Shown: in pieces, positions 55,896 through 64,000 of the stretch | How positions within the stretch are numbered: position 1 is the stretch's first letter | How the letters are laid out: each line of letters starts with the position of its first letter | Assembly: GCA_963711565.1 (NCBI GenBank) | Contig: CAVQEQ010000001.1 | Coordinates: 704,001-768,000, forward strand | Reading direction: 5' to 3' | DNA from: an uncultured delta proteobacterium | GTDB taxonomy: Bacteria > Desulfobacterota > Binatia > Binatales > Binataceae | Length of the DNA: 64,000 nt | Made by a program: the position numbers and the translations under genes | The notes under the pieces: model-generated | Seen by the model: the letters and a program-made list of their open reading frames with translations, nothing else | Database searches by the model: none | What the model was told of the DNA's origin: nothing

Positions 55896-56813
55896 ATGAG
55901 CTACGAGAGGAATTTTCAAATTGGATTGAAGCCCCTGACCTCGCTGCCCGGAGACATCATCCGCCTCTGGCCCGATGGACCGACGACGACGTTGGATGGT
56001 GTGGGTCCTGAGGGAGAATTCCGCGGACGAGTGGGCGCCGTGGGTGACGCGGCGATGCTTCGCAATGTGTCCGATCCGACGCTCACCGTTTATAGGCCCA
56101 CGAACGGCAAGCCGAACGGCACCGGCGTGATCGTGTGCCCGGGTGGCGGCTGGCGAATCTTGGCATGGGAGCATGAGGGGCTCGATGTCGCGCACTGGCT
56201 CGTTGCGCATGGCTATACAGCGTTTCTGTTGAAATATCGCGTGCGTGCCACGCCCGCGGCGCAAGCGGACTACGACGCCGAGATGGCGCAGATGGCTGCG
56301 CGGATCGACGTGACCCGCAAGGGAAAGACTGCCTTCCGCGCCATGAGCGACATCGTGCCCGCCAAATCGTTCAGCGATGCGCGTGCAGCCGCAGCCGACG
56401 ACGGGCGCCGCGCGGTCGCAATCGTGCGCGAGCGAGCCAAGGAATGGGACGTCGATCCGGCCAAGATCGGCATGATTGGATTCTCGGCCGGCGCGTTTCT
56501 CGTCGTCGATATAGCGGTTGATCCGCGCGCTGCACCGCTCGCCTTTGTCGCGGCGATCTACGGCGGCGAAACGTTGGGAAGGCCCATACCTAAGGATGCG
56601 CCGCCGCTGTTCACCTGCATCGCCCAGGACGATGTCCTGCTGTATCGCGTTGTCGAAGGTCTCTACTCCGACTGGACCGACGCCGGACGCTCAGCTGAAC
56701 TGCACATCTACCGGCGCGGCAACCACGGGTTCGGCATGGCGAAGCAGGGAATGCCGTCAGACCGCTGGATCGATCAATTCCGCGAGTGGCTCGCCGATCT
56801 GGAATTCGCGTAG
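55896..56813 (+). CDS. Alpha/beta hydrolase (esterase-like)
   Basis: CPGGG, EG, LKYR, GFSAG, HGFG. Confidence 0.9.
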   Translation: MSYERNFQIGLKPLTSLPGDIIRLWPDGPTTTLDGVGPEGEFRGRVGAVGDAAMLRNVSDPTLTVYRPTNGKPNGTGVIVCPGGGWRILAWEHEGLDVAHWLVAHGYTAFLLKYRVRATPAAQADYDAEMAQMAARIDVTRKGKTAFRAMSDIVPAKSFSDARAAAADDGRRAVAIVRERAKEWDVDPAKIGMIGFSAGAFLVVDIAVDPRAAPLAFVAAIYGGETLGRPIPKDAPPLFTCIAQDDVLLYRVVEGLYSDWTDAGRSAELHIYRRGNHGFGMAKQGMPSDRWIDQFREWLADLEFA

Positions 56814-56889
56814 CAGCATCGGCCGCTCCGGGCGCACGTCGTTCGATTCAAAGAAGGAGGTACCTGGAATCCCAAAGGTGCGTGTCAGA

Positions 56890-57471
56890 TCAATGGCGAC
56901 GGCTCGCTAACGGCCTTGGTCCGAGAAAGCTCCCCGGCGGCGAGATTTCTTTTAATTTAATGACCGCATCGGCGAGATCTTTGAGGTCCTGCTTTGCACC
57001 GTCGGTAAGCTGGCCGTTCACGAAGTCGGCCGATACGAGGTACACACTTGTCGGCACTACCAGCGCCCCAAACCATGCGAGCACGTCGCGCAGATGCCAA
57101 TCGACGCCAAGAAAGTGATGCTGAGTCGCGCCCATCGCGACAATTCCAACCGGCTTTGCGGCCAGCGATTCGATAGGCAGATGATCGAGCAGGTTTTTCA
57201 GCGCGCCGGTGAAGGAGCCGCGATAGACCGGGCTCGCGATGATCACGCCGTCCGCCGCGCGCACGCTCTCGATAATCGCGGCGGTATCATCCTTGTATTG
57301 TTCAGGCGGCCTGCCGTCGGCGAACGCGACCTGCTTGTCCGCGAGGTTGATCAGTTCGACCCCAAGGTCCTTGCGCGACGCGCTCGCAGAATCGAGCAGC
57401 CATCGCGTCGCATTGAGCAGTCTTCCCGGCGGCGTGACGCTGCCCACAATCGCTAGCAATCTTGTCGGCAT
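56890..57471 (-). CDS. NADPH-dependent FMN reductase (SsuE-like)
   Basis: GS, ASPVYRGSFTGALKNLLD. Confidence 0.88.
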   Translation of the reverse strand: MPTRLLAIVGSVTPPGRLLNATRWLLDSASASRKDLGVELINLADKQVAFADGRPPEQYKDDTAAIIESVRAADGVIIASPVYRGSFTGALKNLLDHLPIESLAAKPVGIVAMGATQHHFLGVDWHLRDVLAWFGALVVPTSVYLVSADFVNGQLTDGAKQDLKDLADAVIKLKEISPPGSFLGPRPLASRRH

Positions 57472-57479
57472 GAAGTTCT

Positions 57480-58589
57480 TTATCCGGCTATGCGCCCGGC
57501 GACCGCAACACTCTTGCGTCTTTCCCGGTCGGCGATCTCGCGCCGCACCAACGGAATCAGTTCGCAGCCGTAGTCGATAGCGTCGTCGAGCGGATCGAAA
57601 CCGCGAATCAGAAAAGTCGTGACGCCAAGGTCGTAGTACGCAAGCATCGACTCTGCCACCTGCTCCGGCGTGCCGACTAACGCCGTCGTATTGCCCCGCG
57701 CGCCGGTCGCCGCGGCCACCGCCGTCCAGAGCCGCTTGTCGAGGACTTCGCCCTCGGCAGCCGCGGCCAGCAACCGCTGCGAGCCGACGGCGCCCGGAGT
57801 TTTCGCCGGCGCGCCCAGCATCGCACGGCCGCGAATCTCGCGAATGGTTTCTATAACTCGTCGCGCGCGCCCCCACGCCGCGTCCTCGGTCGCTGCAAGG
57901 ATCGGCCGCGTGGACAAGCTAAATCTTACGCTTCGTCCGTGCCGCGCCGCCGACGCTCGGACCTGCGCTATTGTCTTAGCAGCTTCCGCTAACGGCTCAC
58001 CCCACAGCGCGTAAACGTCGGCATGTTTTCCCGCGATCGCGATTGCGGCATCGGACGAGCCACCGAAATAGATCGGAATGTGCGGCTTCTGGATCGGCTT
58101 GATATCCACAGACGAGTGCACGAACCTGTAGTACTTGCCTTCGTGATCGACGGGCTTGTCCGCCGTCCAGATGCGGCGAAGGATTTCGACATACTCGTCG
58201 GTGCGCTCGTAGCGCTCGTCATGCGAAATGAAATCGCCGTCCTTGCGCTGCTCGCCGTCGTCGCCGCCGGAGATGATATGAACTGCCAGCCGCCCGCCGC
58301 TGAAATGATCGAGCGTCGCCAGCTTGCGCGCGGCTACAGTCGGCGCGACGAACCCCGGCCGATGCGCCAGCATCAGGCCGAGCCTCTCCGTCACGAACGC
58401 GGCGTACTGTGCGACGATGAAGCCGTCGGCGCCGTTCGAGAAATAGCCGATCAGGATTCGGTCGAAGCCCGCCTGCTCGTGAGCCTGCGCGAAGCGACGC
58501 ACGTAATCGATATCAATCGCCGGTCCGCGTGGCGGGTGAATCTCCGAGGCGGGCTGCGTGCCGATCATGCCGATGAACTCGACGCTCAT
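57480..58589 (-). CDS. LLM-class alkanesulfonate monooxygenase-like protein
   Basis: E.AGFDR.LI, AHRPGF..PT.AAR, YFGGSS, LVGTPEQVA. Confidence 0.88.
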   Translation of the reverse strand: MSVEFIGMIGTQPASEIHPPRGPAIDIDYVRRFAQAHEQAGFDRILIGYFSNGADGFIVAQYAAFVTERLGLMLAHRPGFVAPTVAARKLATLDHFSGGRLAVHIISGGDDGEQRKDGDFISHDERYERTDEYVEILRRIWTADKPVDHEGKYYRFVHSSVDIKPIQKPHIPIYFGGSSDAAIAIAGKHADVYALWGEPLAEAAKTIAQVRASAARHGRSVRFSLSTRPILAATEDAAWGRARRVIETIREIRGRAMLGAPAKTPGAVGSQRLLAAAAEGEVLDKRLWTAVAAATGARGNTTALVGTPEQVAESMLAYYDLGVTTFLIRGFDPLDDAIDYGCELIPLVRREIADRERRKSVAVAGRIAG

Positions 58590-58618
58590 GAACGCTCTCC
58601 TCTTGCCGATGCCGGTTC

Positions 58619-59707
58619 TCAGCCTGCGGCGATCGCTTCCGGCTGCGTGGCTTCCCGCCGGATTGGGAGCTTCGGAAACAACAGCTCGGCGACATAGTAG
58701 GCTTCTTCCAGTCCGGGATAACCCGAAAGAACGAACGTGTCGATACCGATGTCGAGGTATTCCTCGAAGCGCCGCGTCAGAGTTTTAGGATCTCCGACCA
58801 GCGCCGTCCCCGCGCCGCCGCGAACGAGACCGATGCCGGCCCACAGGTTCGGGCTGATCACGAGATCTTCGCGGCTGCCGCGATGTAGTTGCACCATCCT
58901 GCGCTGCCCGACTGAGTCCATCCGCGCGAAAGTCTGCTGCGCCACGGCGATCGCATCGTCGCTGACGTACTTGATCAATTCATCCGCCGCCGCCCAGGCC
59001 GCGGATTCGGTTTCGCGCACGATTATATGCAGCCGCATTCCGAACCTGAGCGTGCGGCCCAGCTCGGCCGCGCGTTTGCGCACTCGCGCGATTTTCTCTG
59101 CCGACTGCGCGGGAGGCTCGCCCCAAGTCAGGTAAAGATCAACGTGTTTGGCCGCCACCTCTATCGCCGCATCGGACGATCCGCCGAAGTAGAGAGGAAC
59201 GTTCGGCTTGCGTTCGCGATCGATGAGCAAGCGGCCGCCGATGATCTTCAGATGACGCCCCTCGAAATCGACTTCCCTGCCCTCCACGAGCGGCTTCCAG
59301 ACTGTCAGGAATTCATCGGTTATCTCATAGCGCGCGTCGTGATCTAGATGCAGTCCCTCGCCGGCCAATTCCGTCGGATCGCCACCGGTGACAACGTTGA
59401 TGAGACATCGTCCGCCCGACATCTTGTCCAGCGACACCGCCATCCGCGCCGACACGGTGGGTGAGACGAGGCCTGGCCGCACGGCCACCAGGAACTTCAT
59501 GCGACGTGTTACCGCCGCGAGCGAACTGGCGACCACCCATGCGTCCTCGCATGAGCGGCCGGTCGGCAGCAGCGCGCCCGCAAAGCCGAGTCCGTCAACC
59601 GCCTCGGCGACCTGGCGCATGTAAAACGGGGTCGGGCGGCGGCTTCCCTTGTCGGTCGCCAGGTAGCGTCCATCGCCGTGAGTGGGGATATACCAGAAAA
59701 TTTCCAT
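58619..59707 (-). CDS. ssuD: FMNH2-dependent alkanesulfonate monooxygenase
   Basis: [49 protein letters not shown]. Confidence 0.9.
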   Translation of the reverse strand: MEIFWYIPTHGDGRYLATDKGSRRPTPFYMRQVAEAVDGLGFAGALLPTGRSCEDAWVVASSLAAVTRRMKFLVAVRPGLVSPTVSARMAVSLDKMSGGRCLINVVTGGDPTELAGEGLHLDHDARYEITDEFLTVWKPLVEGREVDFEGRHLKIIGGRLLIDRERKPNVPLYFGGSSDAAIEVAAKHVDLYLTWGEPPAQSAEKIARVRKRAAELGRTLRFGMRLHIIVRETESAAWAAADELIKYVSDDAIAVAQQTFARMDSVGQRRMVQLHRGSREDLVISPNLWAGIGLVRGGAGTALVGDPKTLTRRFEEYLDIGIDTFVLSGYPGLEEAYYVAELLFPKLPIRREATQPEAIAAG

Positions 59708-59818
59708 CACTCGGTTGCTCTCCGATCGTTGTCGAATCAAAGGGAACGCGGACGGACGGCGCAGACTTCGCAGCCGTCCGCCCGCGCGTCGGGGGGACTC
59801 CGTTATTCAACTCGGTCG

Positions 59819-60742
59819 TCAGGACGCCGCCGCCGCTACCGGCTCACGTTGCGCCGACTCCTTCTTGAGAATCCGGCTGCGACGACCGTTGACGCTGACG
59901 GGCACGTCGCCCGCTACGGTCACGCGCCGATGCAATCGCGGCTGCTTGCCATAGTCGTCGATCGCAACGTGCTGAGTCGCGCGGTTATCCCAGATTGCAA
60001 CGTCGCCCACCGACCATCGCCATCGCACCGTGTTCTCGAGGCGGGTCACGTATCCCTGCAACAACACGAAGAGCTGTTTCGAATCGGCCTGCGGCAGGTC
60101 GACAAAGTGCCGCAAGAAAGCTCCCAGCACCAGAGTGCGCTCTCCGGTTCCAGGATGAATTCGGACGACAGGATGCTCAGTCTCATAGACGGTGGAAGTG
60201 AAAACATCGAAGTATCGTTTCAGCTTGTCGGACGTCGCCTTCGTGGGCACCGAGTAGTCGTACGCGTTGGAGTGCACCGCCCAGAGATTGTTGGCAATCT
60301 CCTGCAGCTTGGGCGGCAACGATTGATAAGCCGCCGCCGTGTTGGCCCATGCAGTGTCGCCGCCGCGAGTCGGAACGATCAGCGCGCGCAGTATCGAGGC
60401 TTGCGGATAGGCGTCGACGAACGTCACGTCGGTATGCCACGCGGTCGCGCGATTGCCATGCGTGCCGTCGATGTCCAGCACGGCTTCGGTGCCCTTAACA
60501 GACGGAACGGTCGGATGCGGCACGATGTCGCCGAGCAGGCGGCCGAAAGCCTCGTGGCTAGCTTCGTCGAGATGCTCCTGCCCGCGGAAGAAGATCACTT
60601 TGTATTTGAACAGAGCTTGGCGAATCGACTCGACCGTCGCGGGTTCCAACTCACCTGAGAGCCGCACACCTCTAATCTCGGCGCCGATACGTCCCGCGAC
60701 TGGCAATATTTCCAAGCCACTTTCTCTTCTATTTCCGCTCAT
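59819..60742 (-). CDS. TauD/TfdA family Fe(II)/2-oxoglutarate dioxygenase (taurine dioxygenase or alkylsulfatase AtsK-like)
   Basis: WHTDVTF, GGDT.W, HPVVR.HP, WDNR.TQH. Confidence 0.92.
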   Translation of the reverse strand: MSGNRRESGLEILPVAGRIGAEIRGVRLSGELEPATVESIRQALFKYKVIFFRGQEHLDEASHEAFGRLLGDIVPHPTVPSVKGTEAVLDIDGTHGNRATAWHTDVTFVDAYPQASILRALIVPTRGGDTAWANTAAAYQSLPPKLQEIANNLWAVHSNAYDYSVPTKATSDKLKRYFDVFTSTVYETEHPVVRIHPGTGERTLVLGAFLRHFVDLPQADSKQLFVLLQGYVTRLENTVRWRWSVGDVAIWDNRATQHVAIDDYGKQPRLHRRVTVAGDVPVSVNGRRSRILKKESAQREPVAAAAS

Positions 60743-60879
60743 TGCTTGTTCCTCATCTGATAAAAGTAAATCTATCGGATTACTCAACTAACGGTCTGAA
60801 CCTAGTTGAATCGCGACATCAATGCAAGAATCGTCAACCGGACTCGACGAAGTCCCAGACGCGAAGCGACCTACGACTC

Positions 60880-62175
60880 TCAAAATCCTCCGGCGTCGGC
60901 AGCATTACGCATCGCCTGCGTCGTGAAAAAATTCTTGTCAACCGAACCCATGTTGATGTACCAGGTCTCGCGCTCTGGAGTTTCCTGACCCGGCAGGTAA
61001 CAGACGCTCGATGCGCCGCTCTGAACGTCAGTTGACGCGGCCGCGACTATGAACTGCCGCTTGAACGGATAGATCGCTACGCGCGCATCGGGCACCGGGC
61101 GATCCCGGAACGTCGACCAGAAGAGATAGTTCTGGAAAAGTTCGCCGCGACGATCGTAGGTATCGACGTACGGAGTGAACCATGCCTCGGTATCGACGTA
61201 CAGAACATTTTTCGACTGTAACGCATCGACGATTCCCGCGCGCGGCGTCGCCTCGACGATGTACACATGACGCAGCTCCCAATCCTCGGGGCAGGAACTG
61301 GCGCCGCCGTCGGTCTGGCAGGTGATTGCGGGAACGTGCTCGGAGTGAACGCTCGCCAGCAGCTGCCTCTCGCCGAGGAACTTGTAGTCATAAGTTTCCG
61401 GTTTGGCGTTGAAGCCCGCGTAGTGATCGGGATTCCAGGCGCCGTATCCGGTCGCGGTGGTATTCAGCGATTCGTTGAGCCTGCGGACTCGGCGATTCTT
61501 AGGATTGTAGGACCATTGGTCGTCGCCGCGCAGTTCGTCGGCGTAGCGATACCGGATGATTCCGGTTCCCCGCAGCTCGGCCGGAGAAAGCTCCGGATAG
61601 ATTGCCGAGAGCCAGACCCGGCCTGAAGTTTTGAAATCCGGATCGACCGGCAACGGTTCGACTTCGGTGCGTCCGACAAGGCTGTAACCAGCGTAGTGAC
61701 CGAACGAGGTGTAGGCGTAGGGATCCGGCGCCTCGTTCGGGGTCGTGTTCTCGATATGGCATTCGTAGTAACGCAGGTCGTAGTCATCCGAGAGGAGTGG
61801 ATGGAAGGTGAGGTTCCATTCAATTTTCGTCGCGACATCGGGATCGTTCGGATCGAGGAACGGAAAAGGCAGACCAGCGACGTAGCCGAGTAAAGAACGA
61901 TGGTCACGGGAGAGGACTACCTGCTGCGAGTATTTCTCGGTCGCTTCCTTGTACGGTGGCGGCCAGTCCAGTTGCGAGGTCGGGACGATCTTCAGCCCCA
62001 TCCCGTGCGTGACCTTGTAGTAAACTCCCGGCGAGACGAGGTCTCTCACTTTGGATGCGTTGCTCATCGTGATTACTTCGCCTGGTTTGACCTGAGCGCA
62101 GGCTGGGACGGCGAATGGAACCGCTTGTGAGGCAACAAATGCTATGAAAAACAACCAGAAAACTGACAGCTTCAT
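60880..62175 (-). CDS. DUF1329 family periplasmic/outer-membrane-associated protein
   Basis: Signal peptide; G.PFP..DP.DP..A.K..WN, W.Y.P..RRVRR, YDR.GE. Confidence 0.85.
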   Translation of the reverse strand: MKLSVFWLFFIAFVASQAVPFAVPACAQVKPGEVITMSNASKVRDLVSPGVYYKVTHGMGLKIVPTSQLDWPPPYKEATEKYSQQVVLSRDHRSLLGYVAGLPFPFLDPNDPDVATKIEWNLTFHPLLSDDYDLRYYECHIENTTPNEAPDPYAYTSFGHYAGYSLVGRTEVEPLPVDPDFKTSGRVWLSAIYPELSPAELRGTGIIRYRYADELRGDDQWSYNPKNRRVRRLNESLNTTATGYGAWNPDHYAGFNAKPETYDYKFLGERQLLASVHSEHVPAITCQTDGGASSCPEDWELRHVYIVEATPRAGIVDALQSKNVLYVDTEAWFTPYVDTYDRRGELFQNYLFWSTFRDRPVPDARVAIYPFKRQFIVAAASTDVQSGASSVCYLPGQETPERETWYINMGSVDKNFFTTQAMRNAADAGGF

Positions 62176-62274
62176 ATCTCTACCTCTACTCCCCATTTAG
62201 TCGATAAATATACTCGACTGATGGCAGAGAATATTGAAGCCGTCGAATTGACGCAAGCCCCCTTTGCTCTTTTC

Positions 62275-64000
62275 CTATTTCTGCAGAGCGCGGCGGACGG
62301 CGCGCTCCAACTGATCGATCTCGTCGTGGGTGTTGTAGAGTGCGAGTGAAGGCCGGACCGTTGCGTCGAGTCCGAAGCGATCCATCGTCGGCTGCGCGCA
62401 GTGATGACCCGCGCGCACGGCGATGCCGTCCTGGTCGAGGATCTTGCCCATCTCCTCGGCGGGAATTTTGTCGGTGACGAACGAGACCACGCCCGCCTTC
62501 TCAGGAGCCGTGCCGATCAGACGGACGCCCGGGATTCTGCCGAGCGCTTCGGTTGCGTATGCCAGCAGCGCGCGCTCATGCGTGGCGACATTCTGCATCC
62601 CGATGCGATCGAGATAGTCCACCGCGGCGCCGAGACCGACCGCCGGACCGAGGGCCGCGGTGCCGGCTTCGAAGCGCGAGGGCGGATCGGCAAACGTACT
62701 GTGCTCGAACGTCACGCGCTGAATCATGTTGCCGCCGCCCTGCCATGGCGGCGTCTCATCGAGCAGCGCCTTCTTGCCGTAGAGAACGCCGATGGCGCTG
62801 GGACCGAACAGCTTGTGGCCGGAAAATGCGTAGAAGTCCGCGTCGAGGCTCTGCACGTTGACGGGGAAGTGCGAGACGGCTTGCGCGCCGTCGATGAGCA
62901 CTTTCGCGCCGCGCCGATGCGCGATGTCGATCATCTCGCGGACCGGGAGAATCGTACCGAGCGCGTTGGATACGTGCGTCAGCGAGACGAACTTTGTTCT
63001 GGTCGTGAGAGTTCGCTCGAAGTCGCTCAGCAGGACTTCGCCGCGATCGGTCACCGGAACCACTCGGATGACCGCGCCGACCTGCTCCGCCAGGAATTGC
63101 CACGGCACAATGTTGGAATGGTGCTCGAGCGTCGAGAGGACGATCTCATCGCCCTCGCCGAGGAACTTGCGCCCGTAGCTGGCGGCGACCAGGTTGACGG
63201 CTTCGGTGGTACCGCGGACGAAGACGATTTCCTCCGCTGAGCCGGCGCCGATGAAGCGCTGCACCTTCTCGCGCGCGCTCTCATACGCGTCGGTTGAACG
63301 CGCCGCGAGCTCGTGCGCAGCGCGATGCACGTTCGAGTACTCGTGCGAATAGTAGTGCACCAAGCGATCGATCACCGCTTGCGGTTTCTGCGTCGTGGCG
63401 GCGTTGTCGAGCCATACGAGGCGCTTGCCGTGAACGCGTTCTTCGAGGATGGGGAAGTCGCGCCGGATGTCGTTGACGTCGAACAGACGCCGCTGGAAAG
63501 GCGCCGCCGGCGCGGCCGCTTCGGGGCGCGTCGCGAGTATTGGCGTCAGGAAATAGTAGGACGGCGCTCCGTCTTGCGGTGGTTTTCCCGACAGGGGCGC
63601 ATCGTCGAACAGGCGCGGCAACGAGCCGTCGTGAATCTCGACGTTGGCCGGAAGCGGGGGCGACCAGTCGATCGGACCGGCAGCCGCTTCAGTAATCCCG
63701 GTGGCAGGGGCCGCGGCAGCGACACTCGACGGCGCGGGAATTTGCGACTGGTGAATGCCGGCATCGAAGTATGGCGATGCCGGAATCGCCGCAGACGATG
63801 GCGCGACACTGGTAGCCGCTCCAGGGGCTGCAGTCTGAGCGGCTGCGGCGGCGATACTCGCCGGAGCAGGAATTTGCGACTGATGAATCGCCTCGTCGAG
63901 ATACGGCGCGGCCGGAATCGGCGCGCCCGGAAACGGTGTCGCGGCGCTGCTGACACCGGCAGTTGGACCCGGCAATCCCAACGTCGAGGCGAGCGGACTC
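62275..64000 (-). CDS. SufS-type cysteine desulfurase with long disordered N-terminus (family 2A encapsulin cargo type); 5' end off the window
   Basis: LDNAATTQKP, FSGHK, RAGHHCA; more than 160 aa of Ala/Pro-rich extension with YYF; frame open to the window edge. Confidence 0.88.
   Translation of the reverse strand, partial: SPLASTLGLPGPTAGVSSAATPFPGAPIPAAPYLDEAIHQSQIPAPASIAAAAAQTAAPGAATSVAPSSAAIPASPYFDAGIHQSQIPAPSSVAAAAPATGITEAAAGPIDWSPPLPANVEIHDGSLPRLFDDAPLSGKPPQDGAPSYYFLTPILATRPEAAAPAAPFQRRLFDVNDIRRDFPILEERVHGKRLVWLDNAATTQKPQAVIDRLVHYYSHEYSNVHRAAHELAARSTDAYESAREKVQRFIGAGSAEEIVFVRGTTEAVNLVAASYGRKFLGEGDEIVLSTLEHHSNIVPWQFLAEQVGAVIRVVPVTDRGEVLLSDFERTLTTRTKFVSLTHVSNALGTILPVREMIDIAHRRGAKVLIDGAQAVSHFPVNVQSLDADFYAFSGHKLFGPSAIGVLYGKKALLDETPPWQGGGNMIQRVTFEHSTFADPPSRFEAGTAALGPAVGLGAAVDYLDRIGMQNVATHERALLAYATEALGRIPGVRLIGTAPEKAGVVSFVTDKIPAEEMGKILDQDGIAVRAGHHCAQPTMDRFGLDATVRPSLALYNTHDEIDQLERAVRRALQK

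Noticed and set aside
60781-62220. Short inverted repeats upstream of tauD (TCAACTA..TAGTTGA) and DUF1329 (AGTCGA..TCGACT) as a shared sulfur-regulator site
   Set aside because: The spacers differ and the arms are short; not enough to call a motif by eye
1-64000. tRNA, rRNA and CRISPR arrays
   Set aside because: None recognised by inspection

Overview
Bacterial, GC-rich (~60% by eye) chromosomal window. The gene content (DUF1329, many LLM/F420 oxidoreductases, poly-HAMP kinase) tentatively suggests a soil organism such as Candidatus Binatia; this is inference only. Four blocks: (1) 1-43.5 kb, a stress/biofilm island with a poly-HAMP sensor, small general-stress genes (CsbD, BON, DUF1328, DUF3309, DUF6496, YqjD/E-like, PA2169-like), an unannotated metallothionein and a stand-alone SEC-C microprotein, a ~25 kb Wzx/Wzy exopolysaccharide locus and hybrid kinases. 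Most transcription units here have a sigma54 (-24/-12) promoter, yet the only enhancer-binding protein in the window looks catalytically dead. (2) 43.6-52.2 kb, a flavin-monooxygenase/enoyl-CoA hydratase catabolic cluster with a TetR regulator. (3) 52216-55425, a complete IS1595-family transporter IS (25-bp TIRs, 8-bp TSD) carrying a Panacea/SocA-like gene, an internally broken proteasome-type protease and a membrane protein. (4) 55.9-64 kb, a sulfur-scavenging cluster (SsuE, two SsuD-like, TauD, DUF1329) ending in a SufS-type cysteine desulfurase with the long disordered N-terminus typical of family 2A encapsulin cargo. All family calls come from motif recognition by eye; no database searches were run.
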